A program made the translations under genes and the position numbers. A stretch of 64,000 nt of DNA from Bryobacteraceae bacterium (lineage in GTDB: Bacteria > Acidobacteriota > Terriglobia > Bryobacterales > Bryobacteraceae). Position 1 is the stretch's first letter, and every line of letters starts with the position of its first letter. The notes below the pieces were generated by a model, which had not been told where the DNA came from, did not search any database, and saw only the letters and a program-made list of their open reading frames with translations. Positions 1 to 8,951 of this stretch are shown piece after piece. Where the stretch lies: contig DAIPMT010000002.1 in the NCBI GenBank assembly GCA_036768595.1, positions 1,345 to 65,344 of the forward strand, given 5' to 3'.

Positions 1-2154
1 ACCCAAGCCGTGCTCGGGGTGGAACGTCAACGGCGCGCCGCGCTGCTCCATGCCGGCATCCAGCGCCGGAAGGATCACGACCGGGAATTCCAGTCCCTTC
101 GAGGCATGCGCCGTCAACAGGCGCACGGCGTCGAGCTCGTCATCCACCGGGGCATCCATCTCGCGGGCGTTGGTCTGCTGCATGCGGCGCAGGTGATCGC
201 ACAGCTCGCGCAGCGGCAGGTTGGCCGGATACGAGCGCAAAACGCTGAAGAACTTTTCGATGTTGGCGGTTGACCGGGTGCGCGGGTCGAGCACCTGGCC
301 GCAGGCGTCGAGCACGCGCAACAGCAGGCGGTCGGGCGCAAGGTGGGGTTGGGCCAGACGCCACGCGGACAGGTTCTGGCGGAACGTTAACAGGCTGCCC
401 CAATCGCCGTGGTCGAGCGCGCCCGGACCGTCCGCGCGCAAGGCATCGAGCCCGGCCGCCAGGCTGCCGCTCTGGTGCAGGGCCAGCAGGGTCTCATCCG
501 AGACGCCCACCAGCGGCCCGCGCAGCACGGCGGCGGTGGCGATCTCGTCGCGCGGATTGGCGATCGTTTCGAGCACGCAGAGCAGATCCGTGACGTCGCG
601 CTCCTCGAAGAATTTGGCGCGGCGCGTCAACAGGTGTGGGATACCGGCGCGGTCCAGGGCGGCGGCAAAGCGCGGCATGTGCGACTCGGCGCCTCGAAAC
701 AGGATGGCAAAATCCTGGAAACGCGCCGGGCGGCTTTCGGGGCCCAGGCGCAAGGTGGCGTGCAACTCCAGAATGCGGGCGGCGACCAGCTGCGCTTCGA
801 TCTCCGGGGCATTCTCCTCATGCTGGGCCACCAGCGTTTCGACGCACGGCTCGTTGCGCGGCGGCAGTTCACGGCGTGGGATCAAGCGGCGCGGCTCGAC
901 GCCCGGCTGGCCCGCCGTGATGCATTCCGCGGCGCGCAGGATAGCGGCCCGGCTGCGCCAGTTATCGGTGAGTTCACAGTGGTGCTGCCCGCTCTCGTGG
1001 ACCGCATCGCGGTGGCGGAGGAAGACCTCGGGCAGGGCGTGCCGGAAGCCGAAGATGGACTGGTTGACGTCGCCCACGGCATAGAAATTGCCGCTATTGC
1101 GCAGCAGGCGGAGAAATTTCTCCTGGACCTGATTAGTGTCCTGGAATTCGTCCATGAACACCTGCTCGTACTGCTGCGCGATGCGCTCGCGGACACGAGG
1201 ATATTCTTCGAGCAGCCGCACGGCATGCGCGATCAGGTCGGCGAAGTCGAGCACGCCGAGCACACGCTTACGGGCCGCGTAGACCTGATCGAAGCGCAGT
1301 AGCGCATCGCAGAGCAGCAGGCGATAGGGGCGCGACCAGAGACTGACCAGCACGGCCTGCGCCTCTGGGAGGAGTTCCCGGGCCTGCTGCAGAATTTCAT
1401 GGCAACTGTCCGAGATCCTGGCGTTCAGCTTAAAGCCTGGATCGGCCAAAACACGGAGTGCTTCGACGGGTTGGGCGAGCGGGTCGATGCCGCGCAGCTT
1501 CTCGAAAAATGCGAGCACCTGTTCGCGCTGCCGGCGTTGTGGCTCGCTGCGGGCCGCAACGCTCGCTAGCTTGTATTTCCCGAGCAGCGTCAGGATTCCA
1601 TTCCACGCGGAAAGGCCAGGTTCCGCGATATCCGACAGGCTGTCGAGCGCCGCACCCGAGGAACGGATGGTCTCGTAGACGTCCACCAGGCAGGTCGCCA
1701 GGCTTGGCTCGGTGCGCGTCCGCGCGAGCTCCAGCATTAGCTCGCGGCGTTCCAGTAGCAGTTCGTCAAGCGCCTGGGCCGCGCAGCGCGATCGCTCGAT
1801 GGCTCCGAGGCGCTCGTCAAGCACCGTGAAGTCGGGATCAACGCCGGCCAACACGGCGTTCTCCTTGACCAGGCGCGCGCAAAAACCATCGATGGTGTGG
1901 ATCGGCGCGTCGTCCAGCGGGAGATCCCTCTCGGCGAATTCGTCGGCGATGCGCTTCTTCATGCTGGCCGCGGCCTTCTCGGTGAAGGTGATGGCCAGAA
2001 TCTGCGAGGGCATCAAACCTGATTGCAGAACGAGGCGGGTATAGCGCTCCACCACCACGGCGGTTTTGCCCGAGCCCGGCCCAGCCACGATGCAGGCGTC
2101 CTGGCCCAGACGCTGCAGGTCGATAGCGAGCTCCTGCTCGGCCGAGGGGTTCAC
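1..2154 (-). CDS. addA: UvrD/Rep-family helicase, AddA-like subunit of an AddAB-type helicase-nuclease (N-terminal ~718 codons; 3' end lies beyond the left window edge)
   Basis: The minus-strand frame is open from GTG at 2154 to position 1. It is absent from the ORF track because there is no stop in the window. Reverse translation gives VNPSAEQELAIDLQRLGQDACIVAGPGSGKT (Walker A, ~2060-2095) and VFMDEFQDTN (helicase motif II, ~1131-1160). GTGA start/stop overlap with the upstream addB-like gene. Confidence 0.8.
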   Translation of the reverse strand, partial: MNPSAEQELAIDLQRLGQDACIVAGPGSGKTAVVVERYTRLVLQSGLMPSQILAITFTEKAAASMKKRIADEFAERDLPLDDAPIHTIDGFCARLVKENAVLAGVDPDFTVLDERLGAIERSRCAAQALDELLLERRELMLELARTRTEPSLATCLVDVYETIRSSGAALDSLSDIAEPGLSAWNGILTLLGKYKLASVAARSEPQRRQREQVLAFFEKLRGIDPLAQPVEALRVLADPGFKLNARISDSCHEILQQARELLPEAQAVLVSLWSRPYRLLLCDALLRFDQVYAARKRVLGVLDFADLIAHAVRLLEEYPRVRERIAQQYEQVFMDEFQDTNQVQEKFLRLLRNSGNFYAVGDVNQSIFGFRHALPEVFLRHRDAVHESGQHHCELTDNWRSRAAILRAAECITAGQPGVEPRRLIPRRELPPRNEPCVETLVAQHEENAPEIEAQLVAARILELHATLRLGPESRPARFQDFAILFRGAESHMPRFAAALDRAGIPHLLTRRAKFFEERDVTDLLCVLETIANPRDEIATAAVLRGPLVGVSDETLLALHQSGSLAAGLDALRADGPGALDHGDWGSLLTFRQNLSAWRLAQPHLAPDRLLLRVLDACGQVLDPRTRSTANIEKFFSVLRSYPANLPLRELCDHLRRMQQTNAREMDAPVDDELDAVRLLTAHASKGLEFPVVILPALDAGMEQRGAPLTFHPEHGLG

Positions 2155-4820
2155 AGCTCGCCACCCGCCACGGCGGCGGCCGCCAGTGCATGCCGGCAGG
2201 CCTCTTGAAAATCACAAAACCCGCAGGTTTCGGCGTCGACGGGATTCGCGCCGATGCGCCCGTCACGAATGTTGGCAATCGCCTGGCGCACTTCGGAAAG
2301 TTTTTGCTCCACCCAGTCCTGCGTCAACGGCTGGATGTAAGGCGAGGGCGGTTCGCCGTCGCCCCAACCCGTCACTTTGAAGCGGTCGCCTTCTTTAATC
2401 CCGACAAAGAAGACGCCGCGCACCGGCGTACCCGCCTGCGCTTCGTAGCCGCGAAGGTAGATCGGCGCCTGCAGCGTGGTGGGGCTGTCGAGCTTCTCGA
2501 TGACGCGCTTGCTGGGACTGAACTTGTAGTCGTAGATGCGATCGCCGGCGGCATCGCTGACGATCAGGTCGATCGTGCCTCTGATCAGCGTTTCCGCGTC
2601 CAGGGCCATTTCGAACGGCGTCTCGGTGCGCAAATTCAGCGGATCGGGCCAGGGATAGCTGCCGGTGAAGGGCGTCAGCAACCGCTGCATGCGCAGGCGC
2701 CCAGCTTCGAGCGCGTAGCTGCGCGGGATGTGCTGCTCGCGGCAGAAGCGGTCAAATTCTTCTTCGAGCAATTGGCCGATGGGGAGGCGCGTTGGCGCCC
2801 AGCGAGCCAGCACGGCGTGCGCGATGCTGCCCTGGGCCAGAAAATCGAAACGATCTTCGGGCAGCGGCGGCAGAGGCCGCAGGTGCAGCGTTTTATGGAA
2901 GAAATATTGCAGCGGGCACTTCAGGAAAATCTCCAGGCTGCTGGCACTGAAATGCTTCCGCCTCTGAAGCGCCTGGGCCAACAGCGCGGGGTCTTGTAAA
3001 AGCGTCAACGGGGGCTGCACGCGCGCGGCCGGCGACGGTTCGGGGCACACCACCGGACACGCTTCTATTTCGGCCTGCATGTGGCTGAAGAAGCGCGAAG
3101 GCGTATTTTCCTGGCCGCGGCCATCGAGGCGCGGGTAGCTCATCACTACCTCGCGGCTGGCTGCGCCGATGGCCGCGGCAAAGAGGAAATCTTCCTCCTG
3201 TGTAAGCTCTTCCGAGGTGCGCACGGCGATGCCCTGGCCGCGCAGGGCCAGCAGGGCGGCGTCGCGGAACAACGGGTTCTGGGAGTGCTTGCGAGGAAAC
3301 TGCTTTTCGACCAGCCCGCACAGAAACACCACGTCCAGGTTCCACTGGCGCGCCTCCTGCGCGCTTAGCAGATGCACGGCCTCGCGCCGGTTGTCCCGTG
3401 GACGCACGGCGGCGGCTTCGAGCGCCTCATGCGCCACGGCCCAGAATTCGGCGAGGGTTAGCTGCTGTTTAGGTTCGAATGCGGCGGCGGCCTCCTGCAG
3501 CGCGGCTTCGAGGGTGTCGAACACCCGCGCCTGGCCCAGATACGCGGTGCGGCCCTTTGCGTCCAGGTGGTCGGGCACCAAGCCCACCTCGCGAAAGCCG
3601 TGCAGGCGGCCGAGTTGCGAGGCCCACTTGCGCGCCGTGAGTTGCGCGGTCGCTAACTTATCGAACTCCCCAAAACGATCGAGCATGCGTAGCGGTCCGC
3701 GCAACAGACCCCGCAACTCTTTGAGCCCGTGCGCCGGATATTGAGCGCGCGCGCGGAATTCCAGATCGTCCAGCACCCCTGACGGAAGGCCGCCCAGGCG
3801 CAGCGCCGCGATTGTCTGTTGGTGATCCCAGCCGCTCAGCAAAGCGTTGGCTGCCGCCTCGACAAAGCGGGCCGGCGGGTGATCCATTAGCGGCGTTCCG
3901 GAGTACGCCCGCGCCGGTATGCCGAATCGTTCGCAGGTGGTTTCGAGTAGCGGCTGATACGCCTCGCGGTTGCGCATCACCACGCCCATGCGCCGGAACG
4001 GAACGCCTTGCGCCGACCATTGCAGAATGCGCCGGGCGATTTCGTCGGCTTCGCGTTCGACGCTTTCGCCCATGAATCGGACGCAGCCGGTGGGCTCGCG
4101 CTGGGGCCACGGCAACACTTGTTCCATCGCGCCCATCGCGAGCAAGCGCTCGCGCGCCGCCGTAATGGATGGACTATTGGGCGCTTCGGGCAGCGTCACG
4201 ATCACCTCGGCACAGCCGGCCAGGGCCGCAATCAGCGCCAGTTCAGGGGCAGGCAGCGCCGCGAAGCCGTCGAGACATACGCGCGTAAATCCGCCGATGC
4301 CCGTGAACGCGATCTTGGCAGCGGCATTTTGCAGCAGGCCGCCACGGGTGTTCAGTCCGCGCCGCTCGATGTCGCGCTCCACCTCGCGCCACACGGCCGC
4401 AAACGCCGGCGGCAGTTCCTCGTTCGACCCGCAACGGTCGAGCGCGCGCAACAAATGGCGGGCGCTCACGCCGGCAGCGTCGAACTCCAACATGGTGCGC
4501 GCCATGGCGGCCGCAAAACCCTTGGCGTCGGCGACGCGCGTGAACTCCGGCCGATAGAGCCGCCGCAACGCCGCTCCGACGATCAGTTGGAAGAGCTCGT
4601 TCGAAACTTCTTCCTGACCTTCGGTAAACTGCCGCGCGAATTTCGACAGGGTCAGGATGCGGTCCGGGCGAAAGGCCAGCCCTTCGCGCGCCATCTCATG
4701 CCGCAGATGCTGGGCCAGCGTCGCCGTGGGCGCCAAAATCAGAGTGTCGCTGGACTCGCGAAAATGGGCCAGCACGCGCCGCGTCTTGCCCGACCCCGGC
4801 GGGCCCGAAAGCAGAATCAT
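2151..4820 (-). CDS. addB: AddB-like helicase-nuclease subunit (PD-(D/E)XK nuclease with Fe-S type Cys cluster)
   Basis: 889-aa ORF. N-terminal Walker A LSGPPGSGKT. C-terminal nuclease region with Cys pattern LKCPLQYF ... CGFCDFQEAC, typical of the AddB iron-staple domain. Directly precedes and overlaps the UvrD-type gene. Confidence 0.75.
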   Translation of the reverse strand: MILLSGPPGSGKTRRVLAHFRESSDTLILAPTATLAQHLRHEMAREGLAFRPDRILTLSKFARQFTEGQEEVSNELFQLIVGAALRRLYRPEFTRVADAKGFAAAMARTMLEFDAAGVSARHLLRALDRCGSNEELPPAFAAVWREVERDIERRGLNTRGGLLQNAAAKIAFTGIGGFTRVCLDGFAALPAPELALIAALAGCAEVIVTLPEAPNSPSITAARERLLAMGAMEQVLPWPQREPTGCVRFMGESVEREADEIARRILQWSAQGVPFRRMGVVMRNREAYQPLLETTCERFGIPARAYSGTPLMDHPPARFVEAAANALLSGWDHQQTIAALRLGGLPSGVLDDLEFRARAQYPAHGLKELRGLLRGPLRMLDRFGEFDKLATAQLTARKWASQLGRLHGFREVGLVPDHLDAKGRTAYLGQARVFDTLEAALQEAAAAFEPKQQLTLAEFWAVAHEALEAAAVRPRDNRREAVHLLSAQEARQWNLDVVFLCGLVEKQFPRKHSQNPLFRDAALLALRGQGIAVRTSEELTQEEDFLFAAAIGAASREVVMSYPRLDGRGQENTPSRFFSHMQAEIEACPVVCPEPSPAARVQPPLTLLQDPALLAQALQRRKHFSASSLEIFLKCPLQYFFHKTLHLRPLPPLPEDRFDFLAQGSIAHAVLARWAPTRLPIGQLLEEEFDRFCREQHIPRSYALEAGRLRMQRLLTPFTGSYPWPDPLNLRTETPFEMALDAETLIRGTIDLIVSDAAGDRIYDYKFSPSKRVIEKLDSPTTLQAPIYLRGYEAQAGTPVRGVFFVGIKEGDRFKVTGWGDGEPPSPYIQPLTQDWVEQKLSEVRQAIANIRDGRIGANPVDAETCGFCDFQEACRHALAAAAVAGGEL

Positions 4821-4844
4821 GGGAGCTTCTATTGTCGCGCGGGT

Positions 4845-5378
4845 TTAGAGCAGATAGCCCGAAATCGCCACCGCCGTGCCCAGGATCGCTGCCGTCACGC
4901 CGACCACTGGGAACAGTTTGCGGCGCGCTATGAAGTAAAGCGAGCTGAGCACCAGAGCAATCTCCAGCAAGCCTTCGCCGAAGTCGTAGCGCAAAGCCTG
5001 CTCTTCGATGCGCGCCGAGCGCTTCTCGATAGCTTGCGCTTCGGCCTGGGTCTCTTCGCCCTGCTTAAGGTTCTTCTCCTTCTCTTTGGTGTACCGCGCC
5101 AACACCTTCTGGCTCGCGTCGTTTCGCGGGCCCATCACCTGAATCAGGTCCTCGCCAAGCTCCAGGTCGTGAAACTTAATGCGCTTCGATTGGTAATAGG
5201 ACCATTTGTCGTTGGCCTCAGTCTTCAGCAGCACGCCCTCCGTGTGCGCGCGATGGGACATGATTGTGACCAGCGCCAGCAACACCGAAAAGACCGCCGC
5301 CAGAATGCCGACCGTGCGGCCCAGGGGGTCTTTGACGTGGCTTTCTTCTTCGTCGTGCGGAATTTCGATTTCGGGCAT
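4845..5378 (-). CDS. DUF4337-like membrane protein
   Basis: I prefer the internal ATG at 5378 (MPEIEIPHDEE...). TM helix AAVFSVLLALVTIM, motif NDKWSYYQSKRIK, coiled-coil middle and C-terminal TM helices, as I recall for DUF4337. Confidence 0.55.
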   Translation of the reverse strand: MPEIEIPHDEEESHVKDPLGRTVGILAAVFSVLLALVTIMSHRAHTEGVLLKTEANDKWSYYQSKRIKFHDLELGEDLIQVMGPRNDASQKVLARYTKEKEKNLKQGEETQAEAQAIEKRSARIEEQALRYDFGEGLLEIALVLSSLYFIARRKLFPVVGVTAAILGTAVAISGYLL

Positions 5379-5443
5379 TAGACAAGCTTCATGCAAAATG
5401 TTCCGGCTGGCAACTCCAGATCGCCGGATGCTACCGTGCGAGG

Positions 5444-5902
5444 GTGACCACCGCAATCCACCAGGAATTTATGCGTCAGGCGATCGAACTGGCCGCCGAA
5501 GCCGAGCGCGCCGGCGAAGTGCCGGTGGGCGCTGTGGTGGTGCTTGACGGCAAGGTGATTGGGACGGGCCGCAATAATCCGATCGGAGGCTCAGATCCGT
5601 CGGCCCATGCCGAGATGCTGGCGCTGCGTCAAGCCGCGCAGTCGATCGGCAACTATCGCCTGGAAAACGCCACCTTATACGCCACGCTCGAGCCCTGTGT
5701 GATGTGCGCCGGGGCGCTGGTAACGGCACGCATCGCGACGCTGGTGTTCGGCGCTCGGGACTTGCGCTTTGGCGGGGTACGCAGCAAGTTCGGACTGGCC
5801 GACCACCCTCTGCTGAATCACCGGGCTCGCGTAATTGAAGGCGTGTTGGCAACGGAATGCTCGGCCCTCATGAAACGTTTTTTCGAGGCGCGCCGGGGTT
5901 GA
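5444..5902 (+). CDS. tadA: tRNA adenosine(34) deaminase
   Basis: 152 aa with the CDA zinc motifs HAEMLALRQA and PCVMCAGAL. Confidence 0.9.
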   Translation: MTTAIHQEFMRQAIELAAEAERAGEVPVGAVVVLDGKVIGTGRNNPIGGSDPSAHAEMLALRQAAQSIGNYRLENATLYATLEPCVMCAGALVTARIATLVFGARDLRFGGVRSKFGLADHPLLNHRARVIEGVLATECSALMKRFFEARRG

Positions 5903-5949
5903 CGGAAACGGCCGCTGGCTCCCGTGCGTTACACTTACTAATAGAGTTT

Positions 5950-7158
5950 ATGAATAGCCGCTTGAAGTATTCCGTGGTACTCTCCTCCACTTTCCTGGCT
6001 GTTTTGCTGCTGATTGGCAGCGTCATGGGCAAAAGCGCCCCCACGGAAGGCCCGTCCGGGGTCTACAAACACCTGGGCGTTTATTCAGAGGTGCTCTCGC
6101 GAATCAAGAGCGAGTACGTCGAAGAGCCCGACATGAAGAACGTCACGTTGGGCGCAATGAATGGCTTGCTTGAGGCAATTGACCCGTTCGCAAGTTACTT
6201 AAATGCAGAACAATACAGGGAATACTTAAAGAACTATGATAGCTTCCGCGGCGATCTCGGCCTGGTGTTGGCCAAAAAGTTCGGCTACATCGCGGTAGTG
6301 GGATCGGTGCCGGGTTCACCGGCGGCCAAAGCGGGTCTCACCACGGGCGACATGATTGAGAGCATCAAAGGCGTTGCTACGCGCGATATGCCGCTGGCCT
6401 ACGCCAACTTGTTGTTGCGGGGTGCCCCCGGCAGCAGCGTAGAGTTGACCGTATTGCGCCGCCGCCCCGACCCGCAAAAAATGACCCTGACCCGCGTCGT
6501 GATCGATTCGCCCGCGGTCGAGACACGCGTGATCGAGAATAACATCGGTTACATCCGCCCCGAGACCCTGTCGACCGGCAAGTTGAAAGAAATCGCGGCC
6601 GATATCAAGGCGTTAGAGGCAAAGGGTGCCCGTCAAATGATTCTGGACCTGCGCAACTGCTCCGTGGGCGATCCGGAGGACGGCGTCGAGTTGGCGAACC
6701 TCTTCCTCGATAAAGGCCTTATCACTTACGTGCAAGGTCAGAAGTTTCCGCGCGAAGACCATAACGCCAAGGCCGGTGAGGCCATCTGGAAGGGGCCGCT
6801 GGTCGTGCTGACCAACCGCGCCACCGCGACTGCCGCCGAGGTTGCGGCCGCTGCACTGGGTGGTAATAAGCGGGCCGAGGTCATCGGTGAACGTACGTAC
6901 GGGGACGCGTCGATCCGGCGACCGGTGACGCTCGACGACGGGTCGGCCGTCATCCTTTCGGTGGCCAAATTTTATGCGCCGGACGGCAAGAGTATCCAGG
7001 ACAACGGCGTGATGCCCTCCACCGTAGTGCAGGAACTCGATACGCAGCCCGACGTGGACGACAGCGGCGAGACACCCGCGCCCGCGGCGCAAGAGAACAA
7101 GCCGGCTGAAGACGTAATCCTGAAGAAGGCGCTCGAAGTTCTAGGCAAAAAGGCTTAA
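5950..7158 (+). CDS. S41 (C-terminal processing peptidase) family protein with PDZ domain; catalytic dyad positions substituted
   Basis: Start moved to ATG 5950 (MNSRLKYSVVLSSTFLAVLLLIG anchor). PDZ segment GSVPGSPAAKAGLTTGDMI. S41 core PLVVLTNRATATAAEVAAAAL...IGERTYGDAS aligns with PLVVL..GSASASE...TFGKG of Ctp enzymes. Confidence 0.75.
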   Translation: MNSRLKYSVVLSSTFLAVLLLIGSVMGKSAPTEGPSGVYKHLGVYSEVLSRIKSEYVEEPDMKNVTLGAMNGLLEAIDPFASYLNAEQYREYLKNYDSFRGDLGLVLAKKFGYIAVVGSVPGSPAAKAGLTTGDMIESIKGVATRDMPLAYANLLLRGAPGSSVELTVLRRRPDPQKMTLTRVVIDSPAVETRVIENNIGYIRPETLSTGKLKEIAADIKALEAKGARQMILDLRNCSVGDPEDGVELANLFLDKGLITYVQGQKFPREDHNAKAGEAIWKGPLVVLTNRATATAAEVAAAALGGNKRAEVIGERTYGDASIRRPVTLDDGSAVILSVAKFYAPDGKSIQDNGVMPSTVVQELDTQPDVDDSGETPAPAAQENKPAEDVILKKALEVLGKKA

Positions 7159-7170
7159 ACGAGCAGAAAA

Positions 7171-7224
7171 GATCGCGGTTGACGGCCCCAAGCCTCCAGG
7201 CCGTCAACCGCGATTTCTCGTTTT
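7171..7224. terminator. Bidirectional rho-independent-type terminator between convergent genes
   Basis: Perfect 16-bp inverted repeat, atcgcggttgacggcc (7172-7187) and ggccgtcaaccgcgat (7199-7214), with an 11-nt loop. Flanked by aaaa on one side and ttctcgtttt on the other. Lies between the stops of the S41 gene (+) and the cytochrome c gene (-). Confidence 0.65.
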
Positions 7225-7552
7225 AAAGGGTCTTGAGGTAAGCCAGCAGGTCTTTCTTCTCGTCGTCGCTCAACATTTCGTTATAGGCGGGCATACCGTT
7301 GCCGCCTTCGTTGATCTTGGCCAGGACGTTCTCTTCCGTGGGCTTCTTGTCGTTGGCCATCTTCTCGTGCGTGAACAGACCCTTCAGGCCGGGGCCCATT
7401 TTCTTTTCGGTGCTGTCGGCGTTGTGGCAGACCTTGCACTGCTCAAACGTCTCCTCCCCTTTTTTGGCATCGCCCGGCTTGTCCTGGGCGAACAGGGCGG
7501 CCGATCCAAAGAGCAGGGCCACGGTCGAGGCGGCAGTGACGAGTAGTTTCAT
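7223..7552 (-). CDS. Class I c-type cytochrome (monohaem, secreted)
   Basis: 109 aa. Signal peptide MKLLVTAASTVALLFGSAALFA, haem motif CKVCHN, distal Met region GNGMPAY. Confidence 0.85.
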   Translation of the reverse strand: MKLLVTAASTVALLFGSAALFAQDKPGDAKKGEETFEQCKVCHNADSTEKKMGPGLKGLFTHEKMANDKKPTEENVLAKINEGGNGMPAYNEMLSDDEKKDLLAYLKTL

Positions 7553-7713
7553 GAGGGACTTCTCCTAGAGATGCGTTTCCCAGTTTACAATCTAAACCCA
7601 GGACATCCAAGCTGACGCTGTACGCTTTGGCAGCGTTACGGTGGCGAGCGCTGCCTGAAATTAAAGTTGCTTCACGGCACCCGCATCGGCGCCAGCGCGG
7701 CCCATGCTATCCT

Positions 7714-7875
7714 GCAAGTTTCGGTAGAGGTGCGGAGGGCATTCGTGGCGATCTTCAGTTCCGGCCAGACCAGCCGGTGATCGCGCACCAGGGCCTGTCC
7801 GCCGAAGTCGTTCGCCGGGTCTGTGACGAGCGGCTGGTGTGGCGCGGTTAAACCCCGCACACTGTCATCCGTTGC
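7714..7875 (+). promoter_or_regulatory. Candidate lysine riboswitch (L-box) in the leader of the DAP/lysine operon
   Basis: The conserved L-box blocks appear in the correct order: gtAGAGGTGCGGa (7724-7736), gtCCGCCGAAGtc (7798-7810), gCTGGtg (7833-7839), cACTGTCAtc (7860-7869). Possible P1 is GCAA..CGG (7714-7725) pairing with CCG.TTGC (7869-7875). Hairpins lie between the blocks. It sits ~75 nt upstream of the first gene of a lysine biosynthesis operon. Confidence 0.65.
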
Positions 7876-7951
7876 GTGCAATGGATGGAGCGCTAACCGG
7901 AATCGCGGCTCTTTGCCCGCTTCCTGCCTGCGCCTCTGCCCCCGGAAACGT

Positions 7952-8950
7952 ATGGACGTTTTTGAGCTCACCAGGGCGCTGATCAATATCGAATCCGTCA
8001 CGCCCAACGAGGCTGCTGTCGGCGCGTATCTCTATGACGTGCTCGCGGGATTGGGCCCCACGCACATCGAGTACATGGACGTCGAGCCCGGCCGCCGCAA
8101 CGTATTCGCGCGTTTTGGCGACGCTCCCGTGGTCACGCTCTCGACCCACATGGATACCGTGCCGCCGTTTTTTGAAGCGCGGGAGGACGACGAGTTCTTG
8201 TGGGGCCGCGGTGCTTGCGATACCAAGGGCATTATCGCGTCGATGGTCTTCGCGGCCAAGGCCCTGCTGGCCGCCGGCGAAACCAATTTCGGGCTGCTTT
8301 TCGTAGTGGGTGAGGAGCGCAACAGCGCCGGGGCGCTGCACGCGGCGCAACAGCCGCGCGGGTCGCGTTTTCTAATCAACGGCGAGCCCACATCGAATCG
8401 CCTGGCGCTCGGTTCAAAGGGCGCACTACGCTACGAGATCGTGGCCACCGGCAAGCTAGCCCATTCGGCGTATCCGGAGCTAGGAGAATCGGCCATTTTG
8501 AAGCTGCTCGACGCGCTGGAACGCATCCGCCTCGTGCCGCTGCCGAACGACGATGTGCTGGGGCCCAGCACGCTGAACATCGGCACCATTGCGGGCGGAC
8601 GCGCGCCCAACGTTATCGCCGACGAGGCGCGCGCCGAAGTGTTTATCCGGCTGGTGTGCGATTCCGGGCCCACGCACGTGGCGATCGAAGCCGCCGCGCG
8701 GCCCTCGGCCGAAGCCGTGCCGGTGCTGGAGATCCCGGCGCTGCACCTGGGCAGCCTGCCTGGTTTCAAGACGACTGTCGTGGCATACACCACGGACATC
8801 CCGGCTTTCGGCGATGCCTGGGGACGAGCGTTTCTGCTGGGTCCCGGCACGATCCACGTGGCCCACACGCTCGAGGAGCGCGTGCCCAAAAAGGAACTGC
8901 TCGAGGCCGTGGAGTTGTACGCGGCGCTGGTGCGCCAACTGAAGAATTGA
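7952..8950 (+). CDS. M20-family metallopeptidase of ArgE/DapE type (probable N-succinyl-diaminopimelate desuccinylase)
   Basis: Start moved to ATG 7952 (MDVFELTRALINIESVTPNE). Motifs HMDTVP, GACDTKG, VGEERNSAG. First gene of the asd-lysC-dapBAD operon. Confidence 0.8.
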   Translation: MDVFELTRALINIESVTPNEAAVGAYLYDVLAGLGPTHIEYMDVEPGRRNVFARFGDAPVVTLSTHMDTVPPFFEAREDDEFLWGRGACDTKGIIASMVFAAKALLAAGETNFGLLFVVGEERNSAGALHAAQQPRGSRFLINGEPTSNRLALGSKGALRYEIVATGKLAHSAYPELGESAILKLLDALERIRLVPLPNDDVLGPSTLNIGTIAGGRAPNVIADEARAEVFIRLVCDSGPTHVAIEAAARPSAEAVPVLEIPALHLGSLPGFKTTVVAYTTDIPAFGDAWGRAFLLGPGTIHVAHTLEERVPKKELLEAVELYAALVRQLKN

Positions 8951-8951
8951 C

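Noticed and set aside
4008-5381. 457-aa plus-strand ORF antisense to addB and the DUF4337 gene.
   Set aside because: The composition is Arg/Ala/Gly/Gln-rich and low in complexity, with no motifs. It lies entirely opposite well-supported genes. This is the typical spurious long antisense frame of GC-rich DNA.
7627-8007. Overlapping ORFs of 74 aa (+) and 111 aa (-) in the 400-bp gap upstream of the M20 gene.
   Set aside because: There is no SD and no motif, and they cover the structured L-box-like RNA element. The region is better explained as a non-coding leader.
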